Assembly (NCBI GenBank): GCA_032718475.1
Contig: JAUCBJ010008807.1
Span: 7,736 to 71,735, forward strand
DNA length: 64,000 nt
Direction of reading: 5' to 3'
Source of the DNA: Nemertoderma westbladi
Lineage: Eukaryota > Animalia > Xenacoelomorpha
Made by a program: the position numbers and the translations under genes. Numbering within the stretch: the first letter of the stretch is position 1; each line of letters starts with the position of its first letter. The notes beneath the pieces were generated by a model, which saw nothing but the letters and a program-made list of their open reading frames with translations, was not told the DNA's origin and did no database searches. Of this stretch, positions 12,856 through 25,921 are shown one piece after another.

Positions 12856-12925
12856 GGGGGGTGGGGGGGGGGGGGGTGGGGTGGGGTGGGGTGGGGTGGG
12901 GTGGGGTGGGGTGGGGTGGTTAGGG
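12856..12925. repeat. (GGGGT)n / poly-G microsatellite, G-quadruplex-capable
   Basis: Direct inspection. Confidence 0.9.
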
Positions 12926-13157
12926 GTTCACACTAATACAAGCCCTAAAAATGTAAATAAATTTAATCGGAGTCTCCCAAGAAGTTCTGGCGTAGGCCCT
13001 CTCGGCCCTAAATCCGGCCGTGTTGTTTAGTGTTAATTATCTGGGATCTACCAGAGGATCTGGGATTACCAGAGGGTATATTGTCTTTAGTATTTAAGTG
13101 AGGAAAAGTGGGTCTTTAACAGGTCCCCAAACGCCAAGTTTTTTTATCAAATTGTTT

Positions 13158-13200
13158 TTGCTGAGAGTCATTTCACCCTCACGGGCTTCTTCAAGGCATT
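13158..13200 (-). ncRNA. Degenerate minimal hammerhead ribozyme motif (Penelope-like)
   Basis: The minus strand reads tgcc TTGAAGA agccc gtga gggt GAAA tgactc TC agca. The deviations are mostly CpG-type transitions. Confidence 0.4.
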
Positions 13201-13869
13201 AATATTAAATATAATTAAGTATTTTACACAAACAGACTTCCTTTTTTTTTTCACAAACTCACTTTTCGTCTTTCCGAAATATTCGTGTTTAGTATTACCA
13301 TCGGGGTGCTACATAACCCTGGAGTGATGGCCCCTTGGTACTAACATTTAGGTACCATCTGGTCCCTTTATTTATAATGTTTGTGCTATTTTATTTATGC
13401 AGCTTTTTATATTATGAAAAAATAACGTTTTGACTACCAATTAATTGTGTTTGATGCGATGGCGTTGTTTGCGATATATTTAACGGAATAATTCTGCGAT
13501 CTTTTTTTATTATGTATTTTCTTAAGCTTTTCCAAGACATTTTACTCAAAAATCTCAAATATAATTGCTATATTTTATGCAAAACTGGAAATTGTTTTGG
13601 TTTAGGAAACTATTTATTATCATTGTGGCTGATGTGAGGGAGACACTTTGCGCAATTCAAGTGTTACCTTCGTCTTTGCTTTTATTTCTAATTGACATTT
13701 TTGATTTCCTGAGATGGGATTTGCGCCTGTGTAGTGTAGTTCCCGTTTTGTAGTCACTCTCCGGTTCCCGTTATGGGAGTTTATGAACTTAAATATTAAT
13801 ATTGATTTTAATTTAAATAAAAACATTTAATTAATTTAAATAAATAGATCAACAATAGCTCATATACTA

Positions 13870-14300
13870 GCGCTACGAAGATTAAATGTAAGAATTATAT
13901 CAAAGAATCTCCCTGCAGTTCTGACATTTTGTGGATTTCATGAAAGCATTCGACTCTCAATCCATAGAGGTAAAATGCTGGAAATCCTAAGAGCTTATGG
14001 AATACCAGAAGTAATTGCCGCTGGCATTGTATTATTATATTGTGACACAGAAGCTTACATACTCTCTCCAGATGATGAAACTAAGTTCTTCTCAATCCTG
14101 GCTGGCGTACTGTACTGCGATGCTTTAACTCAATTACAATTCATAATTATATTGGATTACGCAATGAGGACGGCCACAAGGCATGAGATCATTGGTTCAC
14201 ATTATAAGAACGTAGAAATAGCAGATATCCCGCTCATAGAGTCACAGAGACAAGCTGTGGGAATAACATCGCACTACTATCTAATACGCAAGCAGAAAAC
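13870..14300 (+). mobile_element. Degraded RTE-clade LINE RT fragment (same family as 38970-41050)
   Basis: Near-identical nucleotide stretch to 40678-40790 (caaagaatctccc...aaagcattcgactc...gaggtaaaat.ctggaaatcctaagagcttat). Translates to MLEILRAYGIPE. Confidence 0.8.
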
Positions 14301-16559
14301 CTAATGATAAAACTCATATAAAAAACTCTTTTAATTATTGCAATTTATTGCTCTGATAATGATAGTTTTTTATGTGTGCAAACTCTATTTGTCTTCCCCT
14401 TTCTGCTTTGATGTCACATATAATAATGATCATTATTTATTTAGTGATGTATAAACTATTGCTCTGTATATATTAATATAACTGATATAGGAAGGATATT
14501 CCGTCCATCTGTGCCATTTATTTGCTTTTAATATCTTCCATTCTGAATAGATTCCTTTCTATATAAGTATGAAATATGCTTTCTTCCAAACTTCTATCGA
14601 TTTTTAACTTTTAATTAGTAGACCTTTTGTAAATCCTATGCGTTGCCATCACTACCACTCAATCAAACAACAACTAACAAGGGTTTCTGCGTCAATCATT
14701 TTCTCCATTTTCACAATTTTCGTAATTATTTTTTATGATATTTGATGGAAATTTTAAATTAATGCAAGACAATTTGTTTTTACACGTCTTTACCTCTATG
14801 TTACTTACCGTAGTAGGGCGGCATTATAGTAATTGGCTCACTGCCGTTGAAGCCGCTAGGGGGCGTACCAACAGTGGTCCTGAGGACGAGGTACCAGCGG
14901 TTGTTTACCGCCATGTTCATTGACCCGTGGACTCAGCAACTGCTGACGATTACAGACAGGCCCATTATTTGTCAAGTTGAGTACAGAGGTTGGGTGCCAA
15001 AGGTTACCGGGTCTCATACCCACATCACGCCAGCTCACGGCCAGTTCCGTTTGTTTTCACCAAATCCAACCTGCGCCAGTAGCACCCACATACGTCCTGT
15101 CCCTAATAGTTACTTCTAACTTCTTATAACTTATCTTGAAAAGTATTGTAAGCGCACGCGTCAGCACGCTATTAACAAACGGAAACATGATTGGCTCAAG
15201 TTTTAAGTGCTGCTTCCCAGTGGCTATTTAATCTATTCGTTACATTGCCTTTCCATCTTCCTTTGGACTTCGTTCACTCTCACTGTATTTTCCCAGCTTG
15301 TCTCCTTGGTAATGCCTTCTTCTGTGAGGCGAAACCTACTGATCAGCTGACCGCCGTCAGCTAATTACTAATTGCATGCAACTGTCCAGGTCTAGGTAGG
15401 TTGCTTTTTAAATTGTGGCACCTGGCACCTTCTGCTGTATATACCACCTACCTGTAAGCGTGTAAGGTATTTATACTTAATTAACTCGCTTGACTGATTA
15501 TGATTAAATACTATTAATATTATTTAAATTTATTTTTATTTTTACTTCGTATTTTTTTTAGCTCTCTCAGCTCTCCATTACTAATTATTTTATTGTTCTA
15601 AGGATTAGTTAGATTTAACAATTCAATGTATTTCAATTTAAATTGTAAATTAAAAAATTGTGAACCGTAGTGTATTCAGGACTAAATTACTGCGCACTGG
15701 GAATGTAGGATTAAGCGATGTAACAAAGCTCAAATCTACTGTACCTTACATGAGAACCTAATAAAGTAATCAGTAATGCGTCACGCTGCGCGTTCAGTGA
15801 TTTAAAGCTTGGTTTATATCCTGTCCTTTCAGATTGTCGGCCTTGTCCATTATGTATCTATAGCCAACCAGACAGTCACCTATGTGTCTGCTTAAGCGTA
15901 ATCCAAATAACTCAATATAAGTTTAGTTAATTACACAAAGACAAAGTTATTTTTGGATTAATCGGTATGCCTCTCGGGTACGGTCTCTACTCGAATAAGA
16001 GCCTGGGCTTTTAAGTTAATAAATGGCCAATTGGGGAGGCGTTTATTCGAGGGGAGCGTTTATTCGTGGAAGGCGTTTAGTTCAGAATTGTGTGGTTCGA
16101 GTTTCGAGTGGGGGCGTTTATGTTTATGTTTTAGTTTAGCATTTTGAATCTAAATAAATATCCTAATAAAGAATGTTGTTAAATTCAAGAAAACAAGTTA
16201 AACAAATGAAATAATTCAAATAAAACCAGGATTTTCTTTATTACAAAGCAGCCTATTACAGCGGTACACCACCCTACTATATTCACCTTCAGTCTTAACA
16301 CGTTCGTGGGGCCTTCGCACAGCACGAGGCTCAGTAGATACAAATTGAGCGATTCTACTGTATCATAAACTCTGTATCTAAGAAATTTAACCAAACACCT
16401 GTAAATCTAAGAGAGGGAAACCCCCCCCCCCCCCCCTCTCTCTCTCTCTCTCTCTTAACCTCCCTCTTAATCTGCACCACCCCAACCCAAGGCGAACACA
16501 GGATTGATGAAAGGTAATAAAATAAAATTTGTGTTTTAAAAGTATTATGTTATATTTAT

Positions 16560-17798
16560 TTTTAATTTTTTTTTTTTTTTTAGCTACACCCCGTGTCGGG
16601 GTAAAATATTATTTAATAATTAATTGATAAAATATAAATAAAAAAATAAAAATTAATATAACTCAATAAAAGTAATGCATAATAGCGTATCCCAGTAATA
16701 TATTATGTCACATCTTAGCCAGTTCGGATAGTGAAGGGCAGAGTTGACATGCTAAAGCGTGGTATCGGTCGGCGCAGGGCAGACTGCAATACCGGCAGAT
16801 GCAGGAATCGGCAGGTTCGTGGAAACCTATCCCCGTCCCACACAGTCGGTGATGGAAGCCGTGGACTGTCGCCCTCGTGACTACATGTCGGTTTCGCTGT
16901 CCAGCTGTACGCCACGTGGATGACTGAAAAGCTGGGCCCCTGGTGTAACCTTCGTCGATGAAGTTCTGTTGGCGCTCGTCACGAAATTGTCTGTACTGTT
17001 GAAATACATCTGGGTTAAAAGCGTTGGGATATTTCCGGATAATGTCGTCGGTACACGTAGATTCTCCCACTAAGTTTAATGCTAAAGTCGCTGATGATGA
17101 CGTATGTATCCTGAGCAGCCGTTTGATAAAAGCGGCTTTACATTTATCGATTTCTTTTAAATTTCGCAAGTTCAGAAAGGGACCAAATTCCTGTATACAG
17201 TATGTCATAATGGGAAGTATTTTACCGTGAAATATAATCATGCCAGACCGGACTGACATTAAGTGTAATTTAGTTAGACTCCCAATAATCTTGAAAATAT
17301 TCAGTTTCTTCTCCGCAATATGTTGAGAAAAGGATAGTGAGGTCTGCAAAGTCAAGCCCAGATACTCGTATTCATTCACTATTTCTATCAATGAGTTGCC
17401 AAAATAAAATTTGTCTGTATTGGCTATGCGACCAGCTTTGCGAAATTTGACCATCTTAGATTTCTTCATGTTAACAATCATTCCATTTTTAATACACCAA
17501 TTATATAATACATCCAGTGCTCTTCTAATCAATTCAGGATTCTCAGAGTAAATGACAAGGTCATCTGCGTAAAAAATAAACAGTAGGTCGTGGCCAATTT
17601 CTCTGAGACTATCTGCTAGGTCTACTAAGAATAAAATAAAACATGTTGGCGAGAAGCAGTCACCTTGGAGTATACCTCGCAGCTGCTGAATAAATCTAGA
17701 GAAACGTAGACCATCGAAGACGATAATATAATTCTGGAGCAGGTTCTTAATTAAATTGAAGAGTTTACCTTTTATTCCGAAGTTATATAACTTTATCA
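16560..17798 (-). mobile_element. 5'-truncated non-LTR retrotransposon (RT + Cys/His C-terminus, poly-A tail)
   Basis: Minus frame has GILQGDCFSP and YADD (~17560-17571), continuing into ORF 16708-17532, which ends CRYC..C..H...C. The T-run at 16556-16581 is the poly-A tail. Confidence 0.85.
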
Positions 17799-17971
17799 GT
17801 TACAAACGGCTGCTGAGCTGAACCCAACCAAGTTCAACGTTACAAACGGCTGCAGAGCTGAACCCAACCAAGTTCAACGTTACAAACGGCTGCAGAGCTG
17901 AACCCAACCAAGTTCAACGTTACAAACGGCTGCAGAGCTGAACCCAACCAAGTTCAACGTTACAAACGGCT
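17799..17971. repeat. 40-bp tandem repeat x4.3
   Basis: Unit gttacaaacggctgcagagctgaacccaaccaagttcaac starts at 17799, 17839, 17879 and 17919, with a partial copy at 17959. Confidence 0.95.
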
Positions 17972-18524
17972 TTTAATATAACACAAAATACAACTGGAAG
18001 CGATTCACAAATATACAAACAGCTAAATTTCTAGCAAAAATAATTAAAGATCGCATATTATTTAATTTACTTAGAGAAATAAAGAAATCCATTCATAAAG
18101 AAATCAATAAACTCATATTATTGATTTCTTTGTTAAAAACATAAAGTAATATATTAAATATTTTAGGCGTGGAGGCGACCCTATTTGTAAGAAATATAAA
18201 ACTTAATAAACCTTATGCCGATAGTATTGATATTGAGATATTAATTTATCATGTCAACGCCTCAACGAAATTATTTAGCTAATTATTCCGAAGAATCATG
18301 ATTAAGTACTCGGCCAATAATATTGTAAGCTAAACACAATAACCAAGCTGGCTTATTAGTCTGGCTCATTACAATGCTGCCTTTGAGTAGAGGTGAGGTG
18401 TGGTTGGACTGGTTCCCCTTCCAAGCTAGGCTAGGCATGACAATGAAGGAGGGAGCTATATAGCTGGAGACGGGGCATTTTAATAAGTTAATTACGTTTA
18501 GATCAATTAAAAACACATTTATTA

Positions 18525-18693
18525 AAGCAAATCTCTTGAACTAATTTAAACCTATAATGGAATGGGGTATGGGGAATACAGTTGTATAATTTTTAAGTAT
18601 AATTATTTGAAGCAAATCTCTTGAACTAATTTAAACCTATAATGGAATGGGGTATGGGGAATACTGTTGTATAATTTTTAAGTATAATTATTT
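18525..18693. repeat. 85-bp tandem duplication
   Basis: aagcaaatctcttgaac...tataattattt at 18525 and again at 18610. Confidence 0.9.
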
Positions 18694-19683
18694 AAATCTT
18701 ATACTAGAAAATAATTAATATCCTTTAAGAGGCAGGTTGAAAATTATGTTTTTACCCTAATCTTTTTACTTTCTAACTTGGAAAATTTCTAAACTTTTGC
18801 CAGACGACATGCGTACCAAGTTTGGATAGATTTCATTAACATTTGGCTGATTTATTAACGTTTTCAATTGAACACAACAGACACACCGATTGAGTTAGTG
18901 GTACTCGTATGCTAAGCTCCCTTACTTTCGTGGCTCGCCCCACAATCAGTTAACTCTTCGACTTATTTCTCTTCGAGAAATACGGTAGTACCCTATTTAC
19001 ATGAATAAATGCCACCATCATCTTATAAAATTATCCTAATTATCCAAATAACAACTTAACCGCCTCTCGAAGAACACCAGGGCGTTTATTAACATTTACC
19101 ATATTGTATAAATGAAAGGTTTCTGGGGCGAGCCATAAGCGAACTGTTAGAATTATACAATGGCCGTTTTCCAAAAAGGTTAATGGGGTTGTTGGTGGGT
19201 GGGCGGGTGTCGGTGGGGTTGTTCATGTTGGTGGTGTGTGTGTGTTGGTGTTGGTGTGGTGTCGGTGTATCGGAAGCCAATATCAGAATAAATATATTTT
19301 AACTAGCCATGTATGTATAATTATAATTATTCGCTGATATTGCTTGCAGTTCTGCTGCCTCACTCCAGTCCTATACTTGTAATGCATGGTTGAATAATTA
19401 TAGATCCTCATTTTCAGAACTAAAGACTTTATTATTGTTTTGATGATGTATATTTTGTCTACCTCCACTAAATCATTTATTGCGGTTCACATGAGCGTAT
19501 ATAGTGTACAATTACAATTAGTACCAGAAGTTGGTCATCACGAACATCGATAATAAAGAATTCGACTTCTAGTATACTTGAGGCAAGTCATCATGCTTGC
19601 TTCTCTTAACTCCAGGACGATAACACATACTTGTAATTGAAATATAAAACACATAACATTTGTTGTTGACTTCAATGATGCTC

Positions 19684-21880
19684 ATGGAATTTAAAACAGA
19701 GATAGTTTCACCTCCCTCCTCCTTGCTGGCGGAGCCAGAATTTTTATTTTCGCTTTCATTATTTAGCTACAAGCGTTGGAAAAAGGTGTCTCCGTCGGTA
19801 TTGGGCCAGTTACACCGCAGTTATTATTCAAACTTATAGCGATTTGTTGGTACAGTGAGAAAGCTGGCCATGAAAGGATTCCAAATATGCAACACAATCT
19901 GAATTAGGCCTTAAAATATCTGAGATATGAGCGTTCAAAAGTTGCATGCGCAAAGCTATTTTATTCTATTTAATATATGAACCATTATTCTGAAACATAT
20001 TGTTTATATATGAATATCTACGTAATAGTATGATTAAAGAAGTATTGCATTGTTGCCCAGCTACGTATGGGATAGAACAAAATGTTCTGGAATATGGTGT
20101 ATTTATTAAATATATATATATATAGTACACCATGTCCCGTACACCATGTCCTGGAATATAGTGTCGATATTCAGGTACCTCCCCCCCCCCCCCCCCCCCC
20201 CCATTTCCTTCCGCTGCAGGCCATTTATTCTATTAATAAATACACAATGTTCTAGAACATTTTGTTTATCTCATAAGTAGCTTGGCAACAATGCAATGCC
20301 TACATGATAATACTAGTATATTGATATTCTTACATAATCAAAATGTTCTAGAACATTGTGTATTAATTTAATTTAAAATGGGTTGAGCTGCTGTTCGCGG
20401 CACACTAATTAACTCTCTTCTCAACAAGTGCGTTTATTGTCATAAAGAATTCAGTCGGCAAAGCAATCTAAATAGCCATGTCAATTCCGTTCATAACTCT
20501 TAAAGTTACCGGTAACAAAATTGTTGTATTTGTACTGAAATATATATTTGTGTGTATTAATTTAATAGAATAAATGGCCTGCAGTGGAAGCTAATACATG
20601 CAAAATTCGAATGACCATATCTCAGCTATTTCCCAACCAAATTCAAATATTTACACATATTTAGAATCCTTGCACGGTCAGCTTTCCACGAGTACAAACA
20701 AATCACTAAATGTTTGAAGAATAACTGCAGTGTAACTTGAGCAATATCGACGGAAACACCTTTTTCAAACGCTTGTAGCTAAAAAATGAAAGTGAAAGAG
20801 AAAATTCTGGCTCACCCAGCAAGGAGGTGGGAGGTGAAACCATCTCTGTTTCAAATTTCATGCAATCTAATTAAGATTTGTAGAAAAATTTGGGAGAGGG
20901 GGCTGATACCTGAATAACGACACTATATTCCAGGACATGGTGGAATATAGTGTCATTTTCTGATGACACGGACCCACCCCCCCCCCCAGATTTTTCTACC
21001 AATCTTTATCATATTGCTTGAAATTTGAAACACAACTAGTTCAACTCACCGTCGATGACCCCATGAAGCCGGAATTTTCAATTTTGCCTTTAAATTTTTT
21101 TTATAAGCGTTTTAAAATAGTGTCTTTTGCGAAATCGCACCCTCCGTATCGTGGCCATTTTTCACATTAGTCGTAATCTCATATCATTAGAAAGCTTGCC
21201 TTGCAAGGATTCGAAATATGTAACAATATTTGAATTTCGTTGAGAGACAACTGAGATATAGGCGTTCAAAGATTGCAAGAATTATCGTTCGCTGCAGGCC
21301 ATTTATTCTATTTAATAAATACGCAAAATTCTAGAATGTGTTATTTATTTTATAAGTTGGTTGACAACAGCGGAATTCCTATCCAATATCTATATTTGAA
21401 AAATTAACGTTAATTATATTGCGTAGGTGCGATTTCGCAAAAGACACTTTTTTAAAAAGCTTATAAAAAAAATGTAAAGGCAATTTTAATCGAAAATTCC
21501 GGCTTCATGAGGTCATCGACGGTGAGTGGAACTAGTTGTGTTTTTAATTTCAAGCAATATGATAAAGATTTGTAGAAAAATCTGGGGGGGGGGTCCGTGT
21601 CATCAGAAAATGACACTATATTACGGGTCATGGTTTATAGAATAAATAATCCTCCAGCAGGTGCAAAACCATGCAACTTTTGAACGCTCATATCTCAGCT
21701 ATTTTACGACGAAATTCAGATTGTGTTATATATTGGAAATCCTTACATGGCCAGCTTTCTAACTGTACCAACAAATCACTATAAGGTTGAAGAATAACTG
21801 CAGTGGAACGGGTGCAATTTCGTAAAAAAACTGTTTCAAACGATTCATTACGATTTGTCGGAAAAAAATTTTTTTGGGGG
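19684..21880. mobile_element. Cluster of nested/overlapping foldback MITEs of one family
   Basis: Inverted pairs: ~19684-19950 / ~20600-20862; ~20144-20178 / ~20905-20940; ~20946-21140 / ~21425-21622. Shared terminus aatatagtgtc. Confidence 0.7.
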
Positions 21881-21886
21881 GTGGGG

Positions 21887-24800
21887 TGATGATGATCGGC
21901 TTGCACTAGGGTGCAGTGCCGGCGGCCCCAGAAACATAGCGCCCCCAGATCTTGCGGTCAGCCATACAATTTCCTAATTCATTCCTGTTCTCAAGTCCTG
22001 TGTCCTTGAGCAGGCGTTTGAGGAAAGTCATTGGCTGTCCACCACGTCTATTCTCGCCAGCAGGCTGCCACAGCACAAGGTTGTGTACAGGTTGATCCTG
22101 CCGGCGGAAACAGTGCCCAGCAAGCATTAGACGGCGTTTCTGCAGGGTGATGCTAGGTCTTGGCAATGAGATGTTACCATATTTATATAACACCTCATTG
22201 CTTATGTGTGCATCATATGCTATGTTGTGCACCCGGCGAAGCATCCTGGTGTATGTGCCATCCAAGGACCTGGTGTCTTCAGCAGTTAGAGCCCAGCATG
22301 GGGTGCCATAGAGCAGCACAGGCTCCACTGCTGCACGGAAAAGGCGTACCTTTAAAGAGCATGAGATGTCAGAGCTCTTCCAGATCCTGGATAGCTTGTG
22401 GATGGCGGACCAGGCTTTCCCTTTGCGAATTCGGAGATCTTCAGCAGACCTCCGAACCCATGATCCAAGGTAGCAGAAGTCGTTCACATGACTTACCAGT
22501 CCATCCAGCGATTGAATGTTATCCCGATCAATTTTCTGCTGATCTGAATCCATGTTTACTGTCAGAATTTTGGTCTTTGTGCTATTCACAAAGAGGCCAA
22601 CACTAGATGCAGCCTCCTCTAAGCTAGATAGCAGCTTCTGTGCTCCTTCTAATGTCTCTGACAGTAAACCAAGGTCATCTGCAAAGTCAAGGTCGGTTAG
22701 ATGTTCTGCTGGGGAACCACGTCTACGGCTACCTGATGGTGGAGATATTTCCACCCCATCAGCTTCATGAAGATCGAGTGATGTCCGCAGCACATAGTCC
22801 ACCACAATAATGAAGAGGAACGGGGCTAATGTGTCTCCTTGAAGGACACCCCAGAGAACCTCAAATGGGTCTGTGTCTCCATCAGTAGTGGATACAAAGG
22901 TCGTGGAACCGTCATATACTGATCTGATTGCATTAATGATCTCATTGGGGATCCCATATGCCTGAAGAATTTGGAACATGCGTGGGCGTGACACGGAATC
23001 GAAGGTCTTGAAGAAATCCATAAATATGACAGCCAAATGTCTGTCTTTCTTTGTAGAAACCTCTTCAATAATCCTTCTAAGTGCCAGAATGGGTTCAAAG
23101 GTACCTCTACCTTTTCGAAACCCATTTTGATTCCCACGCAAGAGTCTTTCTACAGGATCCCTAATGCGATTCAGCATTATTCTGTTGAATAATTTAGCTG
23201 CAATTGAGATTAGACTAATTCCACGATATGAACCAAAATAGGAGAGGTTGCCCTTCTTTGGAACGGGTGTTAGCCGATTAGTCTTCAGTTCTTGTGGTGC
23301 AATCTTGGTGCGGTACATTTCTGCTAGGATAGGGTGGGCTAGTTGAAGGCATTCTCTGATCTTAAAGACCTCGGGAGGCACACCATCAACACCAGATGCC
23401 CTATTGGTTTTAATGTCATTCGAAGCAGTTAAGACCTCTTCGAATGTTATGTCACCAATTGGGATGTCTGAGAGTATTGTGTGTGACACAGGCTTTACAG
23501 GGAAATCGTCAGTCAGTTCTCGATCATTATTTAGCAATTTCTCGAAATGAGACTTCCAGCCTGCGAAGCGGTCGGCTGGAGAATCAGCCTTCACCTTGGC
23601 AGTTGGTCGGCTTTTTCTTCCAGAGAGCAGGTTGATTGCTTGCCAGGCTTCAGCAGATTTCCTGCTTTCGTCAGCAGCATTGATAGTATCAACCTGCTCG
23701 CTGATAAGCTTTGCTTTATTAATCGAGTATTGCTTGTTTAGAGATTTCACTGAAGCTTTCACTGCAATTTTTGCAGAAGTTGTACGTCGGCTACGATACT
23801 CTCTTTGGGCTTTGTTCAATGCCTCTCGCAGGTCTAGAATGCGCTGGTCTGCCCAGGGGATCTTCTTCAACTTCCGTGGCTTTAGAGGAACAGTTTTCTT
23901 TGCAGCTGACTTTACTGCTGCAGCAAACTGGGTATATTTCTCACAGTGGTTCATTTCTTCATTTATGAGACTGGAATATCTATTTGTAACCTCAATTGTA
24001 AAGTTATCCTTTATAATGGGGTTTTTATCCAAGGTAGACCAGTCATGATGTGGGGTGGACTTTTTAAGACCCTTGTTTGCACGAAGGCTTAATTTGGTCT
24101 TTCCCATAACCAATCGATGGTCAGTCTGAAATGTCCGCACTGTGAGGAAGAGCAGTCAATTATTGATCCTCTGTATTTCTTACGGAAGATGAGGTGGTCT
24201 ATCTGGGACTTATGACCACTGGGTCCCACATGGGTGTACAGCTTTCCAGGTCGTTTTTGGAAATTTGTATTGGCCGAAAACAGCTCATTTGCCAGAAGAA
24301 AATCTTGCAAATGACCTGAATTTCGGTTTACAGTGTCACTATAAACCCATGGGTTAGAAGAGGATCTTGGTAAGCTGGCATTGAAGTCGCCAAGGATAGT
24401 GAGAAAGGCATGCTTGTCTATACAGTCAGTAGCTGCTAGCAGCTGGTTATAGAATGTGTCTACATCAGCTATATCAGCAGTACTCGTTGGAGAATAGCAT
24501 ACCATAATCACAACCTTGGGGAACTTTTTTGCCATCTTACCAGCGCAAGTGAAGTGGTAGCAAATTATACGGGGGGAAATGGATTCTACCTTGTCTAGTG
24601 CTGCAAAAGCAGTTGGATTTAAAAGCAGACCCACTCCCCCGTTTCCCTGATCATCCGCTGAGGAATGAACAAGATGCCAACCACCACCCATATCCTGGTA
24701 TCTTACCTCTTCAGAGCACCTCATGCGGTGTTCCTGAATACCGACTGCAGTCAGGTTCAGCTTATCTGCAAGAGCAGTAAGTTCCCCTTGTTGCAGTGGC

Positions 24801-25775
24801 GGGTTGAGAGTCCTGGGATTTATTGAGGCAAGCATGGTAACTTGTCTCATGTTCACCAGGGGGTTTTCGGGCCTAGATGGTACATGAGCCCAGTGGGAAG
24901 AGTCTGCATTGGAAATCCCAGACTGAATTTCGCCATTTGGCCTCCCTCCAGTAGGGTTTGGGCCAAGTGGGTCATTATCAGGGAGGGGTAAAGCAATGCC
25001 GGCTCCTCCCTCTCCTAGGGGTTGGGATACAGACTGCCTGTCAGGAGAAGACTGGCGCCTGTGGGGCCTTGTAAGTCCGGGTTCTCCACTGGCCCCAGAT
25101 GGCCGGACCTCCGCGTTACTGGTACTATCATTGTGGTTAGAAAGGGGGGGTGCTTTGTTACCGAGTACGCTCTCGGGGCAGGTACCACACCCTGGTTTGC
25201 CAGTCCACAGGGTGGGTGTTGCAGTGGGGTTACAATGGGCCCATCTCCCAAAGCTCCCCTGGTACATATGGCCCACCATTGGCAAGTGGCTCATCTGCCA
25301 GGCCATATACTACACCCCTGCTACAGGTGCAGCTTGCAGTGGGAGGTACCTTCGTCTTTATAGACTCAAGGTACATCCTAATACTTGACCAGCCATTGGT
25401 TGATGACCTTCTGCCTGATCAAGTCCCATACCCCTGCAGCCAGGTATGAGGGTCCAGCTCTAGGACCAGGGAAAAGCCTACATCCACTCAGCATGGAAGT
25501 AGGGACAGGCAGAGGCAGGTAGTACCATGTTACTGCAATAATGGTAGCAGGAATTCTGCATAAGAAGACCTGACCTGACCATATGGGGGTGGGGGGTCCA
25601 GGTACCTGTTTTACCCACCAGGTTTATGGTGAACCTAAACACCGGACAGCCCATGAATTTCATGAGACAAGTCTTAAATAACATGGCCTTGAAGATGCGG
25701 ATATACAATCTTGAATATTGCACCGCAACAATGCCCATGGGCATTGTGGAGGTGAAATTATGTTGATAAGTCAGC
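21887..25775 (-). mobile_element. Near full-length RTE-clade LINE (APE endonuclease + RT, one frameshift near 24140)
   Basis: ORF 24089-25306 has GIQEHR, GGVGLLL, YSPT, LGDFNA and QIDH. ORF 21906-24140 has TDHRLV, YRGISL, QNGFR, GVLQGDTLAP and FADD. (ATC)n tail at 21887-21896. GC-rich 5' UTR; the 5' boundary is approximate. Confidence 0.92.
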
Positions 25776-25921
25776 ATAGCGTTCTTTATAAATACAAAGC
25801 AGCTACAATACAGATACAGAATGTCGATTTAACTATAATTAATAATAAATGTAAAGGGAATTAATCATCTATAACTATAATATTTCTTGCAAATAACATT
25901 GTGTTTATTGTTTTTTTACAG

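Noticed and set aside
11239-13022. hAT-like element with tagggccggattta / taaatccggccgtg ends
   Set aside because: Only ~14 bp of inverted match and no 8-bp TSD, so too weak to call.
17799-17971. CRISPR-like array of 40-bp repeats
   Set aside because: The units are contiguous with no unique spacers, there are no cas genes, and the context is eukaryotic.
25345-25378. Hammerhead-like word cttgagtctataaagacgaag in the RTE leader
   Set aside because: The core lacks CUGANGA and GAAA; it is more simply a bulged hairpin.
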